In this document: positions 7,571-16,333 of the stretch, in pieces
How positions within the stretch are numbered: position 1 is the first letter of the stretch
Layout of the letters: each line of letters begins with the position of its first letter
Assembly (NCBI GenBank): GCA_046070105.1
Contig: JBJUHT010000117.1
Location: forward strand, 1-21,703
From: Dolichospermum sp.
GTDB taxonomy: Bacteria > Cyanobacteriota > Cyanobacteriia > Cyanobacteriales > Nostocaceae
Reading direction: 5' to 3'
Length of the DNA stretch: 21,703 nucleotides
Translations under genes and position numbers: made by a program
Notes under the pieces: generated by a model
The model's database searches: none
Seen by the model: the letters and a program-made list of their open reading frames with translations, nothing else
Told to the model about the DNA's origin: nothing

Positions 7571-8690
7571 TCCTAAATGATTTATGATAAAACACCATAG
7601 TCATGAAGTTTAGGGAAGTCAAAAATTTGACAATTAATCGAGAGTTCAAATAACGCTTTGACTACGGCGAAAGAATGACAGAAAAAATAAAACTCTCTGA
7701 TTAGTCGTTTTGCTTGCAACCAAATATCTTCCACCGGATTCTGTTGTGGTGCATTTGGGGCAAATCTCAAGCAGGTAATCAGCCATTGTTCTTTTTCAAG
7801 TTCACGATTTAATGAATCTAGATAATCTTGAATTTCTTGTGAACGGTGATAACTTGCACCATCCCAGATTATTAAAAGTTTGGCTTCAGGACGCTGTTGG
7901 CGGAGGTATCCTACAAAATTAATTGTGTTTTTAGTATCACCTTTTTCAGCCGCATAAGTGATAAATTCTTTGATTTTATAATCCAATGCACCGAAATATG
8001 TTTGTTTATAACGAGCATTTACAACTGGTATTGTGACTCGTTCATTAGTTTTTCCCCAGACATAACCACAGATGTCTCCCCAAAGTAAATGACATTCATC
8101 AACCATGAACACAACTAGCTCTCCTGACTCTATTTCGGTTCTTCGCGTCTCCAACAACTCACAAATCTCTTTTTTTTGAGTCCACTAATTCTTGGTCATA
8201 TTTTGGATTATTTGCTTGAGTTTTCTTCCAACTAATACTAGCTGCATCAAATAAATCGTAGTAACTTTGTTTCGAGGAGAATGTCACTCCATATTTTGAG
8301 GCAATTTGGTATTCTAATTCGTTTAACGTCCATCTATCCTTAGTTTGTAACCATTCAATTACCTCGGCACGTTGAATATTATTCAGAAACCCTTTACTGC
8401 CTTTATGTCCTAGTTTTAACCCATCAATCCCCATTTGAAAAAATGCTTTTTTATAGGTACTAATAAAGCCAGATGAGACACCTAATATTGACATTATCTC
8501 TTCATGTTTGTATCCAAATAGGAGCATTTTTACTGCGGTAGCCCGCTTGATTTCACGCGGTTGGTTAGGTTGGTTACTATTTTTGATAAAATCTGCTAAT
8601 AACTGCATCCACATCCTCACACCTACATCTTAGTTTTAAACGTTACTTTTTATTTGTATCAGTATTTTCTCATGAATGATTCCGGATTGC
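7567..8690 (-). mobile_element. IS630-family (Tc1/mariner superfamily) insertion sequence, 1124 bp, flanked by a TA target-site duplication
   Basis: Imperfect terminal inverted repeats: gcaatcctaaatgatttatga (7567-7587) against the reverse complement of 8670-8690, 17/21 matches by hand. TA at 7565-7566 and at 8691-8692. It encodes an HTH plus DDE transposase. Confidence 0.85.
7582..8620 (-). CDS. IS630-family transposase in two frames: orfA 8159-8620 (HTH), and orfB 7582-8157 (DDE; frame open from 8184). The frames join at an A8 run.
   Basis: orfB carries VDECHLLWGD, IWDGASYHRS and QQNPVEDIWLQAKR (D, D, E). The frames overlap at ctcAAAAAAAAgag (8170-8177). Fusion needs a +1 shift or loss of one A. 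Confidence 0.85.
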
Positions 8691-8830
8691 TAAAGTATTC
8701 ATTCTCACTTGAAACAAAATATATGAAGGAGACAAAATATGACATTATCAAATATAACTGCTTGCTTTTGCCTAGCTTCATGAGTTGGTTTACAACTTAA
8801 ATAGGATATCGCTGAAAACAACTTTTAAAA

Positions 8831-9266
8831 ATGAAAACAGATAGCATATTTTACCGATTATTTCAAGAAATACCCAGCATATTTTTTGAACTGATTGGTA
8901 ACTCTCCCCAACTAGCAGCACTTTATCAATTTTCATCAATTGAAGTTAAACAAACAGCTTTGAGAATAGATGGAGTTTTCTTACCTAAACAAAATACAGA
9001 TAACCCCATCTACTTTTTAGAAGTACAAGTTTCCAAGAATGAATAGGGAGGAAATAGAAGCTATGTTTGGATTAAGTGAGTTAAAACAAACATGATTTTA
9101 TCAAGAAGCAAAAGAAGAGGGAAAGGAAGAAGGAATAGAACTAGGTAAACGCAAAGCCAAGTTATACGCAGTTCCTGGGTTAATCGGATTGGGTTTAACC
9201 AGAGAACAAATCGCACAAGTTTTAAATTTGAGTTTGGCAGAAATTAGCGAGATTATTCAACAATAG
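8831..9266 (+). pseudogene. Remnant of an Rpn-family / DUF2887 (PD-(D/E)xK recombination-promoting nuclease-like) gene, with an internal deletion, a frame change and an in-frame TGA
   Basis: The N-terminus MKTDSIFYRLFQEIPSIFFELIGN...IYFLEVQ stops at 9046. The C-terminal piece REEIEAMFGLSELKQT*FYQEAKEEGKEEG...GLTREQIAQVLNLSLAEISEIIQQ (9045-9266) is in another frame. The middle of the protein, roughly 140 codons judged from my recollection of family length, is missing. Confidence 0.75.
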
Positions 9267-9318
9267 AATACAAAGGACAGGTGAAAATTTGGTGATTGGT
9301 GATAAAATCTCTGGTTTT

Positions 9319-9354
9319 CATCCTGTTCATCCTTTAATCCTGGATATCCTGTTC
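9319..9354. repeat. Four degenerate 9-nt tandem repeats (CATCCTGTT CATCCTTTA ATCCTGGAT ATCCTGTTC)
   Basis: Read directly in the intergenic DNA downstream of tex. Confidence 0.5.
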
Positions 9355-9409
9355 GCGTAGCGTGGAGTTAGCCACTTCTGACAATTTACCTAATTAGCAA
9401 CTTACGTTA

Positions 9410-11569
9410 TTATTGTTTGATTCCTTTCATGGATAAACTTATGCGTTTTAGTTTTTCGTTGATTTCTAAAACCTGTACTTTTACGACTTGTCCGACTTTA
9501 ACAATTTTTTTGGGATCATCTACAAATTTATCAGCAAGTTGGGAAATATGCACTAAACCATCTTGATGTACACCAATATCAACGAAAGCACCGAAGTTAG
9601 CAACATTAGTAATAATTCCTTCTAGTTCCATTCCTAGGGTTAGATCTTTAATTTCTTTGATTCCTGCTTTAAAGGTAGCATACTTAAATTCAGCACGAGG
9701 ATCTCTTCCTGGTTTTTCCAATTCCCTGAGAATATCCCGCAATGTTGGTTCTCCAATGGTGTCGGTAATATATTTTTTGATGTCAGCCTTTTTCAGGTTT
9801 TCAGCTATTTTTGTAACTTGATTTAAAGATAATCCTAAATCAGCAGCTATAGATTTTACTAAAGGATAACTTTCTGGATGAACTGCGGTATTATCTAAGG
9901 GGTTTTCACTATCACGAATTTTTAAAAAACCTGCGGCTTGTTCAAAAGCTTTTGGTCCTAATTTTGCTACTTTTAAAAGTTGACGACGATTGGTAAATGC
10001 TCCATTTTCGTTGCGATAGGTAATAATATTATTGGCTATAGTTGGGGTAATTCCTGAAACAAATATTAGCAGTTCTTTGGAAGCAGTATTCAAATCTACA
10101 CCCACATAATTAACACAACTTTCTACAGTTTCATCTAATTTCTTTTTCAGTAATTTTTGATCAACGTCATGTTGATATTGTCCCACACCAATTGATTTAG
10201 GATCTATTTTCACTAGTTCGGCTAAAGGATCTTGTAATCTTCTCCCAATACTAATTGCACCTCTGACAGTAACATCTAAATCTGGAAATTCCTCCCTTGC
10301 TACTTCACTAGCAGAATATATAGATGCACCAGATTCATTTACCATAACTTTAACTGGTTTATGGGCTATATTTACTAATATTTCGGCCATAAATTCTTCC
10401 GTTTCCCGTGAGGCTGTACCATTACCAATAGCTATTAATTGAATTTGGTATTTTTCCAGTAATTTTTTGATAGTTTGTGCCGCTTTTTGGCGTTGTTCTG
10501 CTGCTTGGTGGGGAAACACGGCTTGATATTCTAAAAATTTGCCAGTTTCATCTAAAATAGCTACTTTACAACCAGTTCTAAAACCAGGATCTATAGCCAT
10601 TGTCGCTTTCATTCCCGCTGGTGCTGATAATAGTAATTCTCGCAAATTGGTTTCAAAGGTTTTGATTGATTCTATGTCAGCATAGGTTTTTTTATCTTTG
10701 ATAACTTCGCTAATTAATGAGGTTTTCATTAAGCGATTAAAACTATCTTTTAACATGACTTGATAAAAGTCTCGAATGCTGCTAACTTTGGTCTTGATTT
10801 CTTGTGATTCTAAATAACCCAGAACCAAATCTTGATCAAAAGCAATTTCAAAACTGAGAATTTTTTCATCTTCTCCTCGACATAAAGCTAACATATTATG
10901 AGGGGCAATATTTTTGACTTTAATTTGATAATTTCGGTACATTTCAAATTTGGTTGTCCCTTGGGGATGTTCATCTTTGATATGAGAAATAAATACCCCA
11001 TTTTCTAAGAGAAAATTACGGATATATGCCCTTAATTCCGCTTTTTCTGCTACTTCTTCCGCTAAAATATCCGATGCACCTTTTAAAGCTTCATCTACAT
11101 TTTTTACTCCCAAAGTTTCGGAAATATATTTTGCTGCTTCTGCTTGCAATGATACAGAAATCCCATTTTTCACATTCACAGACTCAATGAATATTGCTAG
11201 AGGTTCTAAACCTTTTTCCCTAGCAACAGTAGCGCGGGTACGACGTTTAGGACGATAGGGTAAATATAAATCTTCCAGTTCAGTTTTTTGGAGACAAGAT
11301 GCTATTTTTGTGTTTAGTTCTGGAGTAAGTTTATCTTGTTGAGCGATCGCATTCACAATTACTTTTTTTCTTTCTTCCAATTCCGTTAAGTAATTATATC
11401 TATCTTGTAAATCTCTTAATTGCATTTCATCCATTTCATCTGTTCGTTCTTTACGATAACGCGCAATAAAGGGAATTGTCGCCCCTTCGGCTAAAAGTTT
11501 CAGTGCATTTTCTACCTGGTGGGGTTTAAGTTTTAATTCACTTGCAAGCAGTTGAGAAATATTTAACAT
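9410..11569 (-). CDS. tex: Tex transcription accessory protein (YqgF-like, HhH and C-terminal S1 domains)
   Basis: 719 aa. N-terminus LKPHQVENALKLLAEGATIPFIARYRKERT, GNGTASRETE (YqgF-like), and a C-terminal S1 domain GIITNVANFGAFVDIGVHQDGLVHISQL. Confidence 0.95.
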   Translation of the reverse strand: MLNISQLLASELKLKPHQVENALKLLAEGATIPFIARYRKERTDEMDEMQLRDLQDRYNYLTELEERKKVIVNAIAQQDKLTPELNTKIASCLQKTELEDLYLPYRPKRRTRATVAREKGLEPLAIFIESVNVKNGISVSLQAEAAKYISETLGVKNVDEALKGASDILAEEVAEKAELRAYIRNFLLENGVFISHIKDEHPQGTTKFEMYRNYQIKVKNIAPHNMLALCRGEDEKILSFEIAFDQDLVLGYLESQEIKTKVSSIRDFYQVMLKDSFNRLMKTSLISEVIKDKKTYADIESIKTFETNLRELLLSAPAGMKATMAIDPGFRTGCKVAILDETGKFLEYQAVFPHQAAEQRQKAAQTIKKLLEKYQIQLIAIGNGTASRETEEFMAEILVNIAHKPVKVMVNESGASIYSASEVAREEFPDLDVTVRGAISIGRRLQDPLAELVKIDPKSIGVGQYQHDVDQKLLKKKLDETVESCVNYVGVDLNTASKELLIFVSGITPTIANNIITYRNENGAFTNRRQLLKVAKLGPKAFEQAAGFLKIRDSENPLDNTAVHPESYPLVKSIAADLGLSLNQVTKIAENLKKADIKKYITDTIGEPTLRDILRELEKPGRDPRAEFKYATFKAGIKEIKDLTLGMELEGIITNVANFGAFVDIGVHQDGLVHISQLADKFVDDPKKIVKVGQVVKVQVLEINEKLKRISLSMKGIKQ

Positions 11570-11798
11570 TTTTTATTTCAATTAAAGGATTTTCAGAAAT
11601 TTATATTAGCATCAATAGATATTATTATATCACCTAACTTAGAATAGGGTTTTCAGCCACTTCATTCATAAAAACATTTACAAATAGTTACACTATCGCT
11701 TAATATTGAATGTATTGCCATTTTCCCCTAGTTAACCATAACATAAATAACCCCCGAAAATGGCTCAACAGTAGTTCCTATTTTACAGGTGATTTCCA

Positions 11799-12011
11799 AT
11801 GCCCTTGTTTTTCTTGATAACATTATTCATGGGTGTAATTACTGGCTATCTTTTCAAAAAAAATGATGATGAAATTACTAATATTGCTGGTGTTTTCACA
11901 GGCATCATTTTTATTGTGAGTTTAGTATTAGCACCTTGGCAAATTCAGTTTGGTCTGTTGATATGTGTGGTCATTATTAGCAACAAATTACTGAAGAAAA
12001 ATTGGTTTTAA
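11799..12011 (+). CDS. Hypothetical small membrane protein (70 aa, 2-3 TM helices)
   Basis: ATG ORF in otherwise non-coding DNA, with hydrophobic segments. No recognisable family. Confidence 0.4.
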   Translation: MPLFFLITLFMGVITGYLFKKNDDEITNIAGVFTGIIFIVSLVLAPWQIQFGLLICVVIISNKLLKKNWF

Positions 12012-12280
12012 GTCAATTTTTTGAGGAACTTTTGCAAGTTAAATCTAATCTAATTAAGTCGGCAATTATCCACCCTCTCTCAAAGATAATTAGTGAGGTA
12101 AAAGAGGGTGTTGATAGTTGGATAAAAAATATCATAAGCTTGTCAAGTTTCCTCTGATTGCGCCTTTTTATTACGCTAACATCAAAAATGACTATATTAA
12201 TCAGCAAGACTGATGCAAAATAACGAAAATTTGATTTATAATACAAGTATTAAGTAAATAAAATATATGTAGTTTTGATC

Positions 12281-13528
12281 ATGCTGAAAAAACTCATTCT
12301 CGAAAATTGGAAAAGTTTCCGTTATGCTGAACTTCCACTTGATCCTTTAACTGTGCTTATTGGCACTAATGCAAGTGGTAAGTCTAATGTGGTTGAAGCT
12401 TTGGAATTTTTGCAAAGAATAGCTAACGGTGAAAATCTTGAAACAGCTTTAGCAGGAGATAAAACACTTTCTTCTATTCGTGGTGGTGTAGAATGGGCTG
12501 CAAGAAAACCAGAAAATGAGTTTACTTTAAAGGTACTAATTTCAGGTGAGAATGATCAAACAGATTATTTATATGTTATCAAAATTCAAATATTACCTAT
12601 CGTAAAAGTTAAAAGCGAATACATTGAAAATAAATCATTAGAAGAAAATTATTACATTAAATACTTTACAGTTACATCTGATGACCATACGACTAAAAGC
12701 GGACTTAAAGCATTAAGAAATGACATTAATATTCACGATCTTGAAGTAAATCAAATATCTTATGAATTTGAAACAGATAGATTGGTTATAGGTAAGGAAT
12801 ATGAGGAACAATATTTACCATTAAGAAATCAGGCTAAAGATTTGGTAGCCTCTATTTTGGGGAATACTTTAATTCTAAATCCAATACCATCTCAAATGCG
12901 TGATTTTTCACGACTTTCTGAAAACCTAGAAAATGACTGTTCAAATATAGCTGGAGTATTAGCAGTATTAACAGATGATAAAAAAACAGAAATTGAAAAT
13001 ACGCTATCTGAATATTTAAAAGATTTACCAGAAGGTGATATTAAAAAAGTATGGGCGGAAAAAGTTGGTAGATTTGGATATGATGCAATGCTTTACTGTC
13101 AAGAAGAATGGAAATCAGGAGAAATCATAGAAATTGATGCTAGAAGTATGTCAGATGGAACATTACGCTTTCTAGCCATTCTCACAGCATTATTAACTCG
13201 TCCTGAAGGTAGTCAAATTGTCATAGAAGAAATAGATAATGGTTTACATCCTTCCCGTGCAGCCTTACTGGTGAAAATATTAAAAGAAATTGGCAGTAAA
13301 CGCAATATTGATATTTTACTCACCACCCATAACCCAGCTTTATTAGATGCTTTTGGTTCGGAAATAGTTCCCTTTGTAGTTGTCGCACATCGAGATTCAG
13401 AAACAGGAGAAAGTAAACTTACCCTTTTAGAAAATATTGACAACTTCTCCAAATTATTTGCATCTTATTCCTTGGGACAAATGACAACTAAAGGCGCAAT
13501 TGAACGCAGCCTTTCTCATGGGGAGTAA
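12281..13528 (+). CDS. ABC/SMC-like AAA ATPase (AAA_15/AAA_21-type, RecF/OLD N-domain-like)
   Basis: LILENWKSFRY...VLIGTNASGKSN (Walker A), SDGTLRFLAILTALL (signature-like), IVIEEIDNGLHP (Walker B), LLTTHNPALLD (H-loop). The ATG at 12281 is preferred over the TTG at 12275. Confidence 0.9.
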   Translation: MLKKLILENWKSFRYAELPLDPLTVLIGTNASGKSNVVEALEFLQRIANGENLETALAGDKTLSSIRGGVEWAARKPENEFTLKVLISGENDQTDYLYVIKIQILPIVKVKSEYIENKSLEENYYIKYFTVTSDDHTTKSGLKALRNDINIHDLEVNQISYEFETDRLVIGKEYEEQYLPLRNQAKDLVASILGNTLILNPIPSQMRDFSRLSENLENDCSNIAGVLAVLTDDKKTEIENTLSEYLKDLPEGDIKKVWAEKVGRFGYDAMLYCQEEWKSGEIIEIDARSMSDGTLRFLAILTALLTRPEGSQIVIEEIDNGLHPSRAALLVKILKEIGSKRNIDILLTTHNPALLDAFGSEIVPFVVVAHRDSETGESKLTLLENIDNFSKLFASYSLGQMTTKGAIERSLSHGE

Positions 13529-13536
13529 TTAAAAAT

Positions 13537-14058
13537 ATGAGAAAAGTTTTATTAATAGATACATCTTTATTGTGCGTTTGGTTAAACGTTCCAGGTAAAG
13601 AAACTACTGGTAATAATAAATGGGACTTTGAACTTGTTAACGAGAAAATTCTCACAGAAATTGAAAAAGGAACAACCTTGGTACTTCCATTAGCCACAGT
13701 GATAGAAACAGGAAATCATATTGCTCAAGCTAAAACTACAAATTCAGATAGTAAAAGAATAACATCAGAAAAATTTGCTGAAATTATGATTTATGCGGCC
13801 GACGAAAAAAGTCCTTGGGCTGCTTTTCGTGAACAAATTGTACTATGGGAAGCGGAAGGATTAAAAAATTTAGCAGAAAAATTTCCTAATCAAGTTGTAG
13901 AAAAAACTTCTATGGGAGATGCGAGTATTGTAGTCTTGGGTTGGTATTATCACCAAAAAGGTTTTCATGTAGAATTTCTGACAGATGATAATGGTTTAAT
14001 ATCTCAACAACCACCACAACCTAACCCACCGACACGCCGCAGTAGTCGCGGAAAATAA
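13537..14058 (+). CDS. PIN-like nuclease-fold protein, partner of the upstream ATPase, with a Pro-rich basic tail
   Basis: Acidic residues sit in PIN-like positions: VLLIDTSLL, TVIETGNH, MGDASIVVLG, FLTDDNG. The start is 8 nt after the ATPase stop. Confidence 0.65.
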   Translation: MRKVLLIDTSLLCVWLNVPGKETTGNNKWDFELVNEKILTEIEKGTTLVLPLATVIETGNHIAQAKTTNSDSKRITSEKFAEIMIYAADEKSPWAAFREQIVLWEAEGLKNLAEKFPNQVVEKTSMGDASIVVLGWYYHQKGFHVEFLTDDNGLISQQPPQPNPPTRRSSRGK

Positions 14059-14080
14059 TGAGAGTATTAAATAAATTTAT

Positions 14081-14177
14081 CTTCCTAGTTTACAATATTC
14101 ATCCACCAAAGAACGCTTTGATGACACTTGGGAAGACCCTTATCTAGTCCTATCCGGGAAATGGGAGAAGTCCTTGG
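14081..14177 (+). pseudogene. Ghost fragment of the tldD 5' region: two tldD segments fused, out of frame, non-coding
   Basis: 14081-14135 matches 16367-16421 (53/55 by hand). 14136-14171 matches 16762-16797 (34/36 by hand), and the similarity continues to 14177 with a 3-nt gap. Confidence 0.85.
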
Positions 14178-14251
14178 GTAAATTATCAACAATTTTAATA
14201 TTTACTGTAAACTACATTTAGGTATCCACCTTATTGAAGTAAAATGTTATC

Positions 14252-15445
14252 ATGCTGAATAAACTCAATCATTTACACATCAAGAACTTCCGCTCCCTGG
14301 CAGATGTTCATATTTCACCTGATTCTCTTAACATTCTCTTTGGACCAAACGGGGCGGGAAAATCAACATTTCTAGATACAATCTGGTTTATTAGAGATTG
14401 TGCAATTAGAGGAGTTGATTCAGCTTCCTCATTTAGAGATCATGGAATTGGTATTCTTTGGGATGGGGCAAGTGAAACAGACAATATATTAATTGAAATA
14501 GAAGATGAATCAACTAAATATGAAGTCTCATTTGGATTATCTTCTGGGAGAATTGAAGCTTTTGCGGGTGAAAGATTAGTTAATAAAGTTAATAATCAAT
14601 TACTTATTAATAGAACCATAGGTAGTGATAAAGCAACATTTTATCAATTTATGGGAGAAGATGAAACTACTATCACTCTCAGAGAACCAGAAAAACTTGC
14701 CCTAACTAGCTATGTAGCCTTTGGGAAAGGTGATGGTGCTGCATCAGAGTTAGACAAATTACTTCGTGCTGCACGTTCTTATCATTTAAGAGGTGCTTCT
14801 CTATTTAATCTGAGAAGAGCCGGTTCAGAATCAGAACCTGGTGATAGATTACAAGATAGATGTGAAAATTTATGGTCTGTTTTGAGAAACTTACATGATA
14901 GACAAGTAATTGATGATAGATATGACAAAATTATGAAATTTATGCGCGAAAGTTTCCCAGCTTTCGATGGTTTATATTTTGAGCAAACTGGTAGAAATAC
15001 AGTTTATGCAAATTTTTTAGATAAAAGACGACGTAAACCAATTCAAGCATCAGGAGTATCTGACGGATATATTCAAATGCTGATTAATCTCACGGCTTTA
15101 TTTTCTGAAAAACCCAATGGTTATTCCTTAATTTTATTAGATGAACCTGATATATCTCTTCATCCTTGGGCATTAGCGGTTTTTTCTAAAGCAGTGAAAC
15201 TGGCTACAGAAAAATTCAATAAACAAGTATTTATTGCCACTCATTCACCAGTTTTAATTAGTCAATTTGAACCACAAAATATATGGGCTACGGAACTTGA
15301 CAAAAATGGTCAAACTGTGATGAAAAGGGTTAGCGAAATAACAGATATTCAAGATTTGTTAGAAGAATATGCTACAGGTTCATTATATATGGCTGAAATG
15401 ATTGCCCCCCAGAGTAAGTCTGATGCTGAGGAATTAAGTCAATGA
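14252..15445 (+). CDS. ABC/SMC-like AAA ATPase (AAA_21-type)
   Basis: LHIKNFRSL...ILFGPNGAGKST (Walker A), SDGYIQMLINLTALF, LILLDEPDISLHP (Walker B), FIATHSPVLIS (H-loop). Confidence 0.9.
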   Translation: MLNKLNHLHIKNFRSLADVHISPDSLNILFGPNGAGKSTFLDTIWFIRDCAIRGVDSASSFRDHGIGILWDGASETDNILIEIEDESTKYEVSFGLSSGRIEAFAGERLVNKVNNQLLINRTIGSDKATFYQFMGEDETTITLREPEKLALTSYVAFGKGDGAASELDKLLRAARSYHLRGASLFNLRRAGSESEPGDRLQDRCENLWSVLRNLHDRQVIDDRYDKIMKFMRESFPAFDGLYFEQTGRNTVYANFLDKRRRKPIQASGVSDGYIQMLINLTALFSEKPNGYSLILLDEPDISLHPWALAVFSKAVKLATEKFNKQVFIATHSPVLISQFEPQNIWATELDKNGQTVMKRVSEITDIQDLLEEYATGSLYMAEMIAPQSKSDAEELSQ

Positions 15446-16240
15446 ATGAAGAAAATAATAATAGCCAGCCATGTAATCTTTTTGAATTTGGATTAATTGT
15501 TACAGGTGAAACTGAAGAAGAGCATCTACCAAGCTTATTGAAAAATCTCACGAAAACTGGTATATGTACATTTAAAATTATTAGGCGTATTGGACAGCTT
15601 TCGCCTAGAACTTCTGTTAAAAAACATACTTTATCTGTTATTGGAACAAACAAGAAGGATTTGAATCAAAATCAGCAAATAATTGGTCGTACAGCTAGAG
15701 ACTATTTATTAAAAAATCCATGTAGATATCTATTATTGGTGGATGACTTAGAAAAAGACCGAGTGAACAAAGCACCACAAGTTTTTCGGGTATATAAAGA
15801 AGCACTGGATGGCATTTTACTAGCACAAAAAAAATCGGGCTTCAGTTCATTTTTTAGCAAACATGATTGAAGCTTACTACTTCGCTGATTCTCACGCAAT
15901 CAATAAAGCTCTAGGAACTTCTTTAGAAGATCATTCAGAAGATGTTGAAAAAATACCCCATCCTAAAAATGACTTAAAAAAGATATATCCTGGTTTTGAT
16001 GAAAAAGAAGATGGTGGAAAAATACTAAAATTTCTCAGAGTTGAACATATTTTAGCTCGTCCTCATACCTGTGCATATCTGAGAACTTTATTTTATTGGT
16101 GCTACCAAGTTTTACAAAAACACCCATATCCAGAAATTCTAGAACCATTCCAGGCTGAACAATATCACTTTCGTGTTGGCATCTTAAGTGAGGTAACAAG
16201 AAAACAATTAGACAATATGGCGGAAAACCCTACAGCCTAA
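15442..16240 (+). pseudogene. TOPRIM-like / DUF4276-like partner of the ATPase, split into two frames (15442-15870 and 15824-16240) at an A8 run
   Basis: ATGA start/stop overlap with the ATPase gene. GLIVTGETEEEHLP (TOPRIM-type Glu), YLLLVDDLEKD (DxD-like), then MIEAYYFAD in the +1 frame. The frames overlap at A8 (15827-15834). Confidence 0.65.
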
Positions 16241-16333
16241 ATGCCAACAACGACTTTCATAGATTTGTTAGACTAAACACACCAGGATTATTTCAGTTAC
16301 ATCTGTAGACAACGCCAGCAGACGAGGCACTTC

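Noticed and set aside
8159-8184. Classical -1 programmed ribosomal frameshift in the IS630 transposase
   Set aside because: Frame bookkeeping shows orfB is +1 relative to orfA, so a -1 slip on the A-run would not join the frames.
12013-12246. 77-aa minus-strand ORF between the small membrane ORF and the first ATPase
   Set aside because: It lies in AT-rich intergenic-looking DNA, has an odd composition and no RBS or family signal. The region also contains an imperfect inverted repeat (caccctct at 12072-12079 and agagggtg at 12103-12110), which is more consistent with non-coding DNA.
13213-13697. Minus-strand ORFs 13213-13452 and 13488-13697
   Set aside because: They are antisense shadows of the ATPase and PIN-like genes.
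15372-15899. Minus-strand ORFs 15372-15653 and 15702-15899
   Set aside because: They are antisense shadows of the ATPase and DUF4276-like genes.
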